From Octopus sinensis (taxonomy: Eukaryota): DNA of 64,000 bases. The stretch is from NCBI RefSeq assembly GCF_006345805.1, contig NC_043005.1, positions 9,734,001 through 9,798,000 on the forward strand. Reading direction: 5' to 3'. Of this stretch, positions 13,850-26,758 are shown one piece after another (within the stretch, counting starts at the first letter, position 1; each line of letters opens with the position of its first letter). The notes under the pieces are model-generated. The model was not told the origin of the DNA and did no database searches. It saw only the letters and a list, made by a program, of their open reading frames with translations. The position numbers and the translations under genes were made by a program.

Positions 13850-16720
13850 GGGAGTTGAGACCAAATGGCGTTAAGAGCGAAGAGAGAAGATTAATTCCTG
13901 TTCACGGCGCAAACGGGAATCCGGATGGCCTCTGTGTAAGGACAAACGAACACAGATAGGTGTTGCAAGGAGTGACCGGTGGAGCAGAAATGGCGAGAGA
14001 GACCGGTGTGTCGTTCGCAAGGTGGATGTCACGAAGATGTTCCGCGAACCGGTCAGCCAAGCGGCATCCCGTTGTCCGATGTACAAGGAATGGCAGAGAG
14101 AGCAAGAGACGCAATAGATAAATATGCTGGAGGTGCAGGTGAAGGAGTGGATGATGGGATAGGGTCGATGATGATGCTAGTGAGGAGGGTGGTGTTGGAG
14201 AGGTAAGGGCAAGTGCGGCAACGTGGGCGGGGAGCAGGGGAACGAGCCGGGTTGAGAGTAGGGTCAGGGAAGGAGCTATGACCAAGAGGTCTCGAAGGTT
14301 GTGGGCTCGTTTGAAAGAGGGGAGGGGTCGGTTAGGGAAGAGGTGTGAAGTGGACGGGTCGGACTGGAGATGACGGAAGTTCGAAGAATGGTGCGTTGGA
14401 GAGGTAGGGTCCTGGGGTGGTAAGTGAGGGGAAAAGGGAGGCGGGAGACTACAGGGCGGGTTCGGGGAGAGAGATCAGATACACTCCCGGACCGTGCTCT
14501 CGCAAGGGCGGTGTGGATAGTGGTGAGGGGGTATCCACGTAGGGTGAAGTGGTGAGCCATACGTTGAGACTGAGTCTCAAGTCATGGTCGTCACTACAGA
14601 GCCTACGTAGACGGAGGAATTGGGAATAGGGGATGGAAAGCTTGGTGTGTTCTGAGTGGGAGGAAGAGAAGTTGAGGTATGAGTGTGAGTCTGTGTGTTT
14701 GTAGTGAATGGAGGTGGTAAGAGTGGAGTGAAGAATGCTAACCGAAATGTCGAGGAAGGAGACAGAGGTGTTGGAGATAGTGGAAGTGAAGTGGAGGGCT
14801 AGATGGAAAGATTGGACGAAAGAGAGGAAGGAATCTAGATGTTCACGGGAGAGTGAGGTGGCACCGATAATGTCGTCAATGTAACGACCATATAGTTCAG
14901 GAGTGGGTCCAGTGAAATTAGAGAATATTTTGGGCCTCAACATAGCCAACGAACAGGTTCGCATAGTTGGGGCCCATTCGCGTTCCCATGGCCACTCCCG
15001 AGATCTGATGGTAGAACTCGCCCGCGACGAGAAGCAGTTCAGAGTAAGGACAAGTTCGGCCAGACGAATGAGTGTGGAGGTGTCAGGTACAGGGTGGAGC
15101 GGAGATCAAGAAAGTGTCGAAGGCCTGCACTCTTCGTGGTGAGGGATAACTATAGAGGCTTTGGATGTCCATAGTAAAAAGGATTTTGGAGGAGCCGGGA
15201 GGAAGGAGAAAGAGTTGAAAAGCCGGAGAGCATGGTTGGTATCGTGGATGTGGGAGGAAGAGATGCCACTAGGGGGGCAAGGACACGGTCGAGGTATTTA
15301 GAGATGAGCTCCGTGGGGCAGTTACAGGCGGAGACGATGGGGCGGCCAGGGTTGTTGGGTTTGTGGATTGGGGGGAGGAAGTAAATGGTGGGGGTACGTG
15401 GGGTTCGCACAATTAGGTTGGATGCGGTGTGGGGGAGACGGGAGGACGAGATGAGGTCGCGGACAGTAGAGGAACCCCGTCTGTTGGTAGCTACGTGTGG
15501 GGTTAGAGGCAGAGGGGAGTAGAAGGAGGTGTCATTGAGTTGGCGGAAAGCCTCGGCCCTATAGAGGTCCGCGCGCCACCCACTACAGCTCCACCCTTGT
15601 CAGCCGGTTTGATGATAATGTCAGCGCGCGTTGGAGGGAACGAAGAGCCAAGAGCTCAGCCGGGGAGATGTTGAGGCGGCGTTGGCGCCCGGAGAAGTTG
15701 AACCGCTCCAATGCACGCTGAGAAGCGCCCGCGAAAAGATCCACTGCTAGGAACTGGCCAGGGGCAGGCGTCCACGGGGATGGTCGGCGGCCCGGCCAGT
15801 GAAGCAGTCCTCTTCGTTGGGTGTGGTGGCGAGTCGTGGTAATGCGCACCCAACCGGACGCGGCGCACAAAGCTGTGGACATCAACCTCGCGTCTGGAAT
15901 TCCTTACAGTTTGGAGTGAGGGGGATGAAACGCAGACCCCTACCAAGGACGGAGCGTTCAGCCGCAGAGAGAGGAAGATCGGGGGGAATGGTAACAACAG
16001 ACGGAAGTGGAGAAGGGGTGGGTGGAATAGAAGTAGGAGGGGTGGTAGGTCTCGTGGAGGTCTGAGGGCGAAGGATTGGGGAGGTGTGTGGTGGGTGTTT
16101 GGGGGGGGGGCAGTAGGGTTAGGTGTAGGTGGATGGAGCCTATCAGGAAGGGAGAAGGGGTTGTAGGGAGGGGCAGTGGGGTTAGGTGTGGGTGGATGGA
16201 GCCTATCGGGAGGGGAGATGAGTAGTGGAGGAGTTGGGGTAGTGACGTCGGGTAGGGTGAATGGAAGAGTGATGGAGTTGTTCGAAGTTTGGTATCAGAA
16301 AGAATTGATGGAAGAGGTGATTCAAATGGATAATGAAGCGTAGCGTGTTTGGAGCATAGAGAGGCGGCAGAGAGGAGAAGAATGTGGAGAAAGCAGGAGG
16401 AAGAAGGCGGTTGATGGTATGTAGTTTTGAGAGATTGGAGCGAATGGTGGCCCGCATAAGGCGGTAAGATGTGGTGCGGAGTATGGGTAAGATGGAAGAA
16501 TCCGAGTGGAGTGCAGGGTGGAAGTGAGGCGGAAACTTTAGGGATGAGTCGGTGATGTAGGCAGCGGCTTAGGAAAGAGACATGGCTAGAGAAGCGGGTT
16601 GTTTTTAAAAGAAGTAGAGAGAGATTAACGACAGCTGAGGCAGCATACGGGAGAAAAACGGAGATGATCCTTCAAACGATGATGGAGCGGTGAGGAGGTA
16701 GGACCTAGGATCCGGCATGA
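13850..16720 (-). pseudogene. PLE reverse transcriptase / GIY-YIG endonuclease ORF, multiply frameshifted
   Basis: SHVSFLSRCL..LIPK N-terminus; PTIYFLPPIHKPNNPGRPIVSACNCPTE; YGRYIDDII; SVSFLDI; SIPYSQFLRLRRLCS; RGYP; YIG...RLADRFAEHLRDI; REQELIFSLRS C-terminus. Confidence 0.92.
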
Positions 16721-17360
16721 TGGGATAGCGGAAAAAAACAAACGTTCGAAAAAACAAAAAAAAACAAAAAACAAAAAACAAAAAATTATCGTATGAAAAA
16801 AATAGATAAAAAGGATAGCGAAAAAAAAGGGGGAAAAAAACAAACGTTAAAAAAAACCAAAAAATAATAATCGTATGAAAAAACTAGATAAGCAAGTATA
16901 GGGGCAGAAGACGGGGCAAACGGAAAAGGGAAAGAAAGAAGGGAAGCAGAGAGAGGGGGAGGAAAAAAAAGGGGGTGTGCAGGCAGAGGAACAGAGTAGA
17001 GTATGGACATCCAGAGAGGAAGAAAGACGGAAAGGAGAACAAAAATGCAGGAAACTGTGGAAAGCATGAAAGGAATGTAAAAAAGTGGTAATATATGAGA
17101 AAATAAAAATACAACAAACGGGAACAGTTATTGCGAACAAGTTCAAGGTTGAGAGTTCAAGGTTAGAATGTGTAGACGTCGTAGTATATTTTTTAAGGAT
17201 TTCACATCAATAACAAAGTCACTTTGATCCGCGAAAGAGAGGTGCAGCCAATGGTAAGTATCCAAGAGGTAAAGAAAATCCAAGGTAGAGGTAAGTGTTG
17301 ATAGTGGTATTGGTAGAATATAGGATGAAAGTGAGACCACGTGAGCGCATAATATATAAA

Positions 17361-18060
17361 GGGAAGCTTTATGAAAATAGACAAAAGACGAAGGCTGGTG
17401 GAAAACAAACAAACAATTATATTAGTATGGCGCTCAGGAAATATAAATAAAACAAGTCTTTAACGTTTCGAGCCTACGCTCTTCAACAGAAAGATACACA
17501 GAGAGAAAAACACACAGAAAGAAGGAGAGAAAAAAATGCGTGCAGTAACTAACGAACCAACATGGCGATCTGATTTCGGCCAGAAGTCAAAGATCAAACA
17601 GGAGACGCGAGAGCGAAATTAGGAGAGATAATAGGGTTGAGTGACCAGCTCCAACATAAGGGTGTGTGTGTGTGTGTGTGTGTGTATGAGAGAGTATTAG
17701 TGCGTATGAGAGGTCTGGACGTGTGTATGTATAGGGTTGGTGTATGTATTAGTATGTATAAGGGTGTGTGTGTGTGTGGGTGTGTGTGTATGAGAGAGTA
17801 TTAGTGCGTATGAGAGGTATGGACGTGTGTATGTATAGGGTTGGTTGTATGTATTAGTATGTATTAGTATTATTAGTATGTATAAGGTGTGTGTGTGTGT
17901 GTGTGTATGAGAGAGTATTAGTGCGTATGAGAGGTCTGGACGTGTGTATGTATAGGGTGGGTGTATGTATTATGTATTAGTATGATAGTTGGTTGTAGTA
18001 TTAGTATGGCACATCATATATGATGTGATGTGTAAAGTCGTGTGGTGTAGTGTGGAGAGA
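17361..18060 (-). repeat. PLE 5' pseudo-LTR with 3 internal subrepeats
   Basis: Direct repeat of 12744-13575. Confidence 0.9.
17457..17494 (-). ncRNA. Minimal type I hammerhead motif (A6U variant), second copy
   Basis: Identical to 12840-12877. Confidence 0.75.
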
Positions 18061-18245
18061 ATATATATAAATACATATACGACGGGCTTCTTCCAGTTTC
18101 TGTCTACCAAATCTACTCACAAGGCTTTGGTCGGTCCGAAGCTATAGTAGAAGACACTTGCCCAAGGTGCCACGCGGTGGGACTGAACCCGGAACCATGT
18201 GGCTGGTAAGCAAGCTACTTACCACACAGCCACCCCTGCGCCTAA
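18061..18245 (-). mobile_element. SINE family A, 5' half (partner of 12494-12743)
   Basis: Begins in the TA tract, then CGACGGGCTTC...CACAGCCACCCCTGCGCCT. Confidence 0.88.
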
Positions 18246-18330
18246 TTAATAATAAAAGTATAATGATATAAGTTCGTATCAAAGGAGAGAATGGTGAACC
18301 CATTAAATGTATGTGTCGATGTTTGGATGG

Positions 18331-18718
18331 GGATGGAAGCACTCCGACGGTTACGACGACGTGGGTTCCGGTTGATCCGAATCAACGGAACAGCCTGCTC
18401 GTGAAATTAACGTGTAAGTGGCTGAGCACTCCACAGACACGTGTACCCTTAACGTAGTTCTCGGGGATATTCAGCGTGACACAGAGAGTGACAAGGCCGG
18501 CCCTTTGAAATACAGGTACAGCAGAAACAGGAAGTAAGAGTGAGAGAAAGTTGTGGTGAAAGAGTACAGCAGGGACCACCACCATCCCCTGCCGGAGCTT
18601 GGTGGAGCTTTTAGGTATTTTCGCTCAATAAACACTCACAACGCCCGGTCTGGGAATCGAAACCGCGATCCTATGACCGCGAGTCCGCTGCCCTAACCAC
18701 TGGGCCATTGCGCCTCCA
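18331..18718 (-). mobile_element. tRNA-derived SINE family C, full length
   Basis: Reverse complement begins TGGAGGCGCAATGGCCCAGTGGTTAGGGCAGCGGACTCGCGGTCATAGGATCGCGGTTTCGATTCCC (A and B boxes); related copies at 36223 and 55509. Confidence 0.9.
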
Positions 18719-18799
18719 CAGTGTTGATGTTTATTATGTGCGTGTATGCGTAATGTACGTTTTTAAATGGAAGAGGAATTCCACTTAGTTACTTAAAGC

Positions 18800-19100
18800 T
18801 GAAGGAATTTGAAAGAAGCATTCAAGAATGGCTACTTTTAGTACATTATAATAGCTCAGTCTGTTCAAAAAGAACTTTACGATAGAAACGCGAGTAACAG
18901 CATTTCAATATTGGAAATAAAGTTCTGCGCAAAAACCTATTTCGAGAGGACAGAAAGTGGGGGAGATTTTACGAAACGCCACACAGGTCCTTACAATGTT
19001 GCTGAAGTCTGTGACAAAATACCTTTCAATTATCAAATAACAATAAAGTACAAAAATGTAAGTAAATGCTACCAACTTTACTCGATATATTGAGCAACGA
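18800..19100 (+). pseudogene. Gypsy/Ginger-type integrase C-terminal remnant
   Basis: Frameshifted IIAQSVQKELYDR / FNIGNKVLRKN / GGDFTKRHTGPYNV fits the AQ..QK..YD, F.VG..VL.KN and GPY.V motifs. Confidence 0.6.
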
Positions 19101-20000
19101 TCATCAAGTAAAAAACGAAAAACAAAGTACGAAAATCAAGATGCCCAAGCTGCAAAGTAAAGAAAAAAAAACTGCAGTGATATTTTAATGTATATAAATA
19201 CATTTCATAACCAATTTAAAGTGGATAAATAAATTTCTGATTATATATAAAACACATATCGTTCTTCAAATCAATTTATTATCGTTAGATTCTGTCAAAT
19301 CAACTCAGTCCACTGTAAACAACATCCATCTGCTACATATATGTTGAAAAAAGTACTCTAGTCGAAATCACTTTCTTTTAAATAAAAAAATAAAATGTTT
19401 TTATTTTTTTAAAAATGGAAACTCAGAATCTCTGATATTCGACGTTTTCTTTTTTTTTTTTTTTTTTCAACGCATCATAAAAGTGTTTTAAAAAATCTAA
19501 TATTTTCGTCTTATTTTCATATTTTAAGATTTTAAAATCTTGAATGTAATCCATGTTCAATGGTATAAAAGTATCAGGAGTTGTAACTCATAGAATTTGT
19601 TATTTTAGAATAAATCATTGAGGGGGTAGTGTGAACAGCGCGGGGGTAGTTTGAAATCAGTTTCAGTGTGCCCCACCACCTGTAATTTGAAATCGATTTC
19701 AGATTACCGGGAGGTAGCTTGAAATGGTGGTGGTGGTGGTGGTGGTGGTGGTGGTGGGTAACTTGAAATCGTCAGTCTCAGGAATGTTGAAGTCTCAACT
19801 ATGGGTTAATTGGGATGTTAAAGTGTTGCCTCCAGAAGAAAATCACTAACAGACATCCCAAGACAAAATGAGGACTACTTTTTTTTAGCGTCTCATGTAA
19901 CAGAGGGCAACTACATACACATTCTTCACAACTTCAGTGGCGTTGGGGGAAGGAGGGGGCGGGAGCACGTTGAAGATGTTCCTGCATGTATGTATGTATG

Positions 20001-20049
<49 letters not shown>

Positions 20050-21113
20050 AGACACAAACAGAGAGAAAGAGACTAATAAATAGATACACACACACACATA
20101 TATACATAGAGCGAGAGAGAGATTGAAATATATAGAGGTTGCGTGTATGTGTGTGTGATGCATCTGTTGCTGATGGATCATGGGACATTAGCTTACAGCG
20201 TGCTGGCTGACTCATGGGGAATCGGCGAAAATTAACCTAGTGCATTTATTTTCTCAACCAGTGGATTGCCTCTCCTCCCACCGAACTATCATGCGCATCT
20301 CCAATTATACATGTTGCCTGGATGTAGCGATCACATGTCAAATTGGTAGGTTACTGTGGGGTAGCGGTGAGCTCCGTAAATGCAGCGTATGATATTTCGC
20401 ACTTGGATGTGTGTGATTCCAGAAAGGCAAATTCTACACCATGACAATAAATAAGTCGCAGCGATCAGCTTTTAGGTGGTTTCCGACAAACAGAATCACC
20501 AACAGCCTCCTACAGAGAGGAGGATACATTAGTGGTCTTGTGTTAATGTTGTTTCTAGATCTACCCACATCAAATAAAGTCATATTTCTATTATCAGTAT
20601 AAATACTTACTGTTTAGGTATTTTCTGTAATGTGGGATATGGAAGTTTTATCTGTCAACAATTTGACAGCGATAGAAAATCTGACAATAGGAGCAGCTCT
20701 GAATTTACTGGAAGTTACGTTGGAATTCCACGCTTTCTTTGGTGGCATCAGAACTGTTTTCTTTCCGTGTAGAATACAGTCTTAGTATCTTTATCACCAT
20801 TTTATTGCAGAAGAAGCATTAAAAACTTGATGGCTGCATTTTAGATCCAAACAACGGTATCTTACTGCGTACATCATTGTTTTGCAGTTAGACCCAAAAA
20901 TATTCTACTTGCACTTGCAGCAATGGGAACTGTATTTTAAATACAGTGAAACACTGAATAGCACAACTATTCATTGAACGATGACGGGAATATCAAAAGA
21001 GAAACCTGTCTCTCGTGTCAGTTCACAGCGTTCGCCTTTCCGATTTCTTCTGCTGAAGAGAAGATAACCACAGCGAAATACACGAAGAATGTAAGAACAT
21101 TCTTTTATGCAAT

Positions 21114-21504
21114 TACTCTCTCTCTTTTACTTGTTTCAGTCATTTGACTGCGGCCATGCTGGAGCACCGCCTCTAGTCGAGCAAATTGACTCCGGGACTT
21201 ATTCTTTGTAAGCCCAGTACTTATTCTATCGGTCTCTTTTGGCGAACCGCTAAGTGACGGGGACGTAAACACACCAGCATCGGTTGTCAAGCAATGCTAG
21301 GGGGACAAACACAGACACACAAACACACACACACACATATATATATATATACATATATGCGGCAGGCTTCTTTCAGTTTCCCTCTACCAAATCCACTCAC
21401 AACGCATTGGTCGGCCCGGGGCTATAACTGAGACACTCGCTCAAGATGCCACGCAGTGGGACTGAACCCAGAACCATGTGGTTGGTTAGCAAGCTACTTA
21501 CCAC
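21114..21504 (-). mobile_element. SINE family A
   Basis: Reverse complement of family A. Confidence 0.92.
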
Positions 21505-23230
21505 GAATTAAATAATCTATATAGCATGATCGTTGTTGTTGTTGAGGTCCACTTCATCGACATGTTTGTTATTTTCATTGTATCATTATTAGTATCTCAC
21601 TGGAATAATAATTTTGTTGCTATTATCGTTATCATTTTAATTGTCGTTGTTTGTCATAAACGTCTTGTATCAAACCAACTTCCAATTGAAATAAATTCTA
21701 GATTATTTCTATTATAAACTTCCTGTAGCGTTTCTTTCAATCTACATTTCCGTGTTGTCTGTCATTTCTGGATAAAATCGAAATTTTACCATACCAGTCT
21801 TTCATCTTAGAAATTTCTTATGATGTTAATACTTTTGATGTCTGAAGCATCTAATTTATAGATCAAAAGCTTAACTGAGTAACTCTCTGAAATTTTAATA
21901 ATGTTATTAGCTAAAATATATTCCTTTACACTTGACATAAAATCTGAAAATACCAGTTGGATAATATAAAAGATTAATTGTCCCAGATTGGATTAGTAGC
22001 CAAAAGACTACTAATCCAATCTCAAATCTTACTCCATATACTGAATGGGGGAAAAAAACGAGCGAGCAATGATTCAGGTATTTAAAATCTTGCGATGGTG
22101 AGTTCAATTACTTCTATTGACATTTTAATGGAATCAAATCGAGGAATTAGCCTGCTATGATATACATCCTTACAATTTTTTATTCACTTATTTAACATTA
22201 CAACATTTGAAATTTACTGAAAGTGGGACAACAGAAAGAAAACTACGATACTAGACGACTAAGAAAATAAGCATGTCTTCTCATTATTCTTCGGGTGTTG
22301 TATTGTGTCATTGGGCAATAAATATATAAAACTGTGTTCCTGCAAGCATGGCTGCCATAAAACAGAGTTTTCTATGAAATCGGGCGAATTGGCTGTCTTT
22401 AAAGCACAACGCCTACGTGCTTTGTGTTTAAATATCGCTGACGTCAGCTTTGCTTTTAAATTGTTTTATGGACAATAAATAAAATACAAGTCCTATATGG
22501 ATTTAGATTCTTGTCCTCTTTCTTTCTTCTTTCGCTTCTTTCTATGTATGTTCCACTTGAAAAAGAATCGGTTGTTGTCAAACCTGTAGTGGGATAAATT
22601 CTATCAGTTCTAGCAAGACACGCCTTACTGGGTATCGGTATCTCTCGATAGAGTCAGTATTTAAGGGGCCATGGTCAAGCCATTTAGTGGTTTAGGGATT
22701 ATTAGGCTGTACAGATGAACGCTCCAAGAGTCGGAGTATATCACATATTTATGTAAAAGACAAAGTAACTAGTATGGATCTCAATGTTTCGTAAATGATA
22801 TCAGGACTGGATGACGACAACTAATTGAAGATATTATTTTGAAGTGCTACATGAATATGACGAATAATAATGGAAATGAAATTTTAGTTTACATCGGACA
22901 GAGGGAAAAATATCGTCGTCATTCATATGTATCCTAATTTACTACATTTATGATTGTGCAAATGATAAGGAAGCGTCTGTAGAACCATGGCAGAACAAAC
23001 ACCACTAAGGGAATTTTTATTTGAAAATCACTTTGGATTGATCTTTTGGTGTAGGGAACGATAATCAAATCATTTCCTAATACACACACGCCAACGCCCT
23101 GCTTATGATCCTAAACTCAGATATACACAGGTTCATACGTGTGTATGAGTATTTAAAATATTGTTGTGGTTCGGAAAAGCTAGTTTTACCTTAGTGTAAA
23201 ACACGTGTTACATCTAGTTTACTTTATAGT

Positions 23231-23628
23231 TAACTAGCAGTATCGCCCGGCGTTGCTCGGGTTTGTAAGGGAAATAACTATATAAGCATTTTTAGAGATG
23301 TAAAGTATAATAGCCATCTCAATATAGCTAACCACAAAGGGGGGTGTTACTGTAGCTTTTTACGTTCTGAGATTTAATAATAAATTTTTAGAGAGTTACT
23401 TCCCTTATATATGCCAAAAATGCATTAAAAATAGGAAAAATTGATGGTAAACTTGTTTTTAAATCGTAGACTCATCGTAGACGCGGGCTAATACCCAGAA
23501 GGGCTTGATATGAATCACGACTATAAGATACCCGGTTTTGGTTAAACTGCACCGCAAAATATGGGAGTAGTTAAGAATCTAAATCGTAGGAGACAGACAG
23601 CACACAACCTCACTTTTATATATAAATA
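23231..23628 (+). mobile_element. Non-autonomous Helitron/Helentron-associated (Lep1/DINE-1-like) element
   Basis: Starts TAACTAGCAGTATCGCCCGGCGTTGCTCGGG (ACTAG plus GC-rich hairpin), ends AGACAGACAGCACACAACCTCACTTTTATATATA; second copy at 37.2 kb. Confidence 0.6.
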
Positions 23629-24086
23629 TTAATTAATGTCAGTCTTTTCTCACATATTTCAAGACTTTGATGCGGTAATTTACATGGCGTTGTCTTTTTA
23701 GTGAGAGTATCATGTACACACGTCTATTTACGTTTTGGTTTTCTTTATATCGTCATACAAATTTGTTCCTCTTTTTGTTCTTTGTCGCTTTAATCTTCTA
23801 TAAGCAGCAAAGACAATAGCTTGCGGAAATGTTTGCATAGCATTCTCCAGGGCCATTCGTGGAATTTCCAAGGTATTGCCAGTTTCAATTTCTCTATTCG
23901 TCTGCGAGCGCGTGCAATCAAAACACTGGTGTCCATCATTAGTCATTCGTTGGTATAGGATTAGCAATGAGTTCCCGTAAGACATTACATAATATTTTAC
24001 AGGAGATTGGTGTGAGTAGTCTAATTCAATCTAGAGTATGCATACATACAGACACACACATATGTGTGTATAAATATGTCTGTATA

Positions 24087-24142
<56 letters not shown>

Positions 24143-25999
24143 TTATAAATAAGGATAATATCGATATTTAAATATCGATATTATCAAGTGGCCAGCATGG
24201 GAATAAATACCATACAAAGGTAATAATTTTTTTACAACTATGAATAAGGGTGTCTGAGAGACACCACCATGCCGAAATAGCAGTCAAATCCCTGACATAT
24301 ATATATATGTATGTATGTAAATATGTGTGTGTATATATGAGTGGGTAAAAATAGATACCACAAAGTTGTAGAATTTCATTTCCTTTACCTAAAACAAATT
24401 TTTCGGAATATAATAAACTTCCCATGAGTGTTGTGGTTCCTCATAGTAATATAATTGTCTTAATGCCACAACAATTTGTTACTTTTTTTAAAAAAAATTT
24501 TCTTTCTTGCTATTCAATGATTTTGCTCTGAAAGCTTTGCAAAGTTGTTTGTTAATATGGCGGACTGTAATACTTTTGAGAACCATAAAAACAGGAAATA
24601 TTCACATTTTAAATACGGCTAGTTATAAAAACAATAATAGAAAACAATGGTAAACGTAATGCAACAAAAATATTTTATGCATAAATTATATATATATATA
24701 ATATGAGTAAGTAGACGAAATAAAATCATGGAAAACGATAGCCGTGATGTTATGCTTTCTATGACGAAGTTTGCCCATGTTTTAAGAGTGGGGCAACATC
24801 AAGAAGTATAAATTATGAAATACGATTGGCCCCAATAATATTACAGCCATATCTCTTAAAATTCTTTCTTTGATCTAAATTGGTTTTTTGATCGGTTTTA
24901 TTGCAAGAAAATTGTTATTAAACTATTTTTACTAAATTCCACCCATTATTGTTGAATTTCATCCTTCTCTTTGGTTTTACAGTTCTTTCATAGAAAGTAT
25001 ATGCTTCCTTTTATTTATTCTTTCTTTTATATTATCATAACTCCGCTAAATCAAAAACATATTGTTAGAGAGATGATAATATTGCCGTCTTAACCAATCA
25101 CTTAGAGAATGTCATTCACATCTTCGAGTGTCTATGATTTCCAAACACACATTTGATGGAGCTCAAGATAAATATGGCAATATTTAAAGAAAATAAGTTT
25201 CCTGTATGATAAATATATCAATTGTCATTGCTGTTATTACATAACGTTTTCACGTAACTTTTCAAGAGATATTAGTTTTATCAAGAGAAATGGTCTCTGT
25301 TGCATTCACATACCTCTAAAACAGACACTACATTGGTTACAACAGAGTGCTAGTCTCTAATGTACTGTTCCGTTATAGTGAGAGATGAATTTCGTTTAAC
25401 GTACACGGTATGGAAATATGATTTACTAATAGTTTCATGCCTTGGTGACACGTTAATTTGGCAGACTAATAAAACTTACATTGCGTCTCCTATAATCTTT
25501 CAGGCTACATGGACAGTCCTGTTACCGAAAACCTCTCATAATATTGCTTGATTGCATTTGTCTCTCATCTTTAAACCATATTTCTCTTACTCCTCCTCCT
25601 CCCTCCCATCGTTGACCCGCGACGAGAACTCTGCTACTGTCTTTCTGTCCTGGCTACCTTCAAGTAGAGACGGCACATCTGTTGCTCCCTCGCCGTTCTC
25701 AAAAAATAGAGTTCGTAAAAATGTTTATCTTGTTCGGCTTAACACCCCTTCTTGTTTGTGTTACTGTTATTCTCCTTGTCCTGTCTTTTACTGTTTATAT
25801 TTTGTACTGTTGTTACTGTCCTGTTTTTGTTACCATTTTTACCCCTCCGCAAAAAAATCTCAAATTTTATTTAATTTGATTTTCGCGGGAAGGATTGTTT
25901 CATTAAAGTCATGTATCGCTTTGACCTTCGAATCGTGGAGTAGATGAAACAAAGGCGACTGAAGAAGGGGAATTTTCCTTGTTTTGTATGTCCTGTACA

Positions 26000-26758
26000 T
26001 TGGTTCTGGTGTTCGCTGAATTCTTCCTCTAGAGAATTTCCCTTGTAGTTTGATCGTTAATGATCTCTTTCCAGCATTCGGCTACCTAGCAGGCCAGCCC
26101 TGCCTATATATACATATATTAGAATTTTCTCTGACTTCTCAGATTATTTGAATGCTGGACTACTGGTTTTAAATTGATATTAAAATTAATATTAATTTAT
26201 CTCCCTCATTACTTAAATATTGAAATAAATACGTTCCCTAGTAGTAAGCACTAACCGCAGCGAATTATTTACTGCACCCCTTCGCTTCAGGAATTTCTTA
26301 GCGCGCCAGAACCAAGACATTTGAAATTTTATCCCTAATGTAATCGGTAAAATAAGCACGTGTCTGTCTTGGCACAGAAAGCTGGGGTTAGTTTTTCGGT
26401 TTACATTTACACTGAACGAATGCACTGAAGAAGCCACGGACATTTGAATTACGTAAGTAATTCTTTTGTTAAAGGCCGAAACCGAGGTATGCATTTAATT
26501 CTGTTTTTTATATAAATTTTCATCTGTCCTGCCCGCCAAATTTGGTTCTGGTGTCCGCTGAATTTTTCCTCTAGAGAATTCCTTTGTAGTTTGATCGTTG
26601 GTGATCTGTTTCTAGCATACGGCCGACTTCCTAGCAGTCAAGCCCTGCCAATATACACATATATTAGAATTTTCTCTGACTTCTCAGATTTTTTGTATGC
26701 TAGACTACTGGTTTTAAATTGATATTAAAATTAATATTAATTTATCTCCCTCATTATT

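Larger units (their letters stand above)
12744..18060 (-). mobile_element. Penelope-like retroelement (PLE), near full length, with two direct pseudo-LTRs
   Basis: Direct repeats 12744-13575 and 17361-18060 (offset 4617 bp at their left ends) enclose a PLE RT + GIY-YIG ORF; a hammerhead motif lies in each repeat. Confidence 0.93.

Noticed and set aside
23728-23985. 85-aa non-repetitive ORF as a host exon
   Set aside because: No recognisable domain or convincing splice context; needs RNA-seq or BLAST
25925-25985. GAA(A/T)C...CTGAAGA arrangement as a type II hammerhead (also at about 845-890, minus strand)
   Set aside because: No stem I or NUH site can be formed between the two core halves
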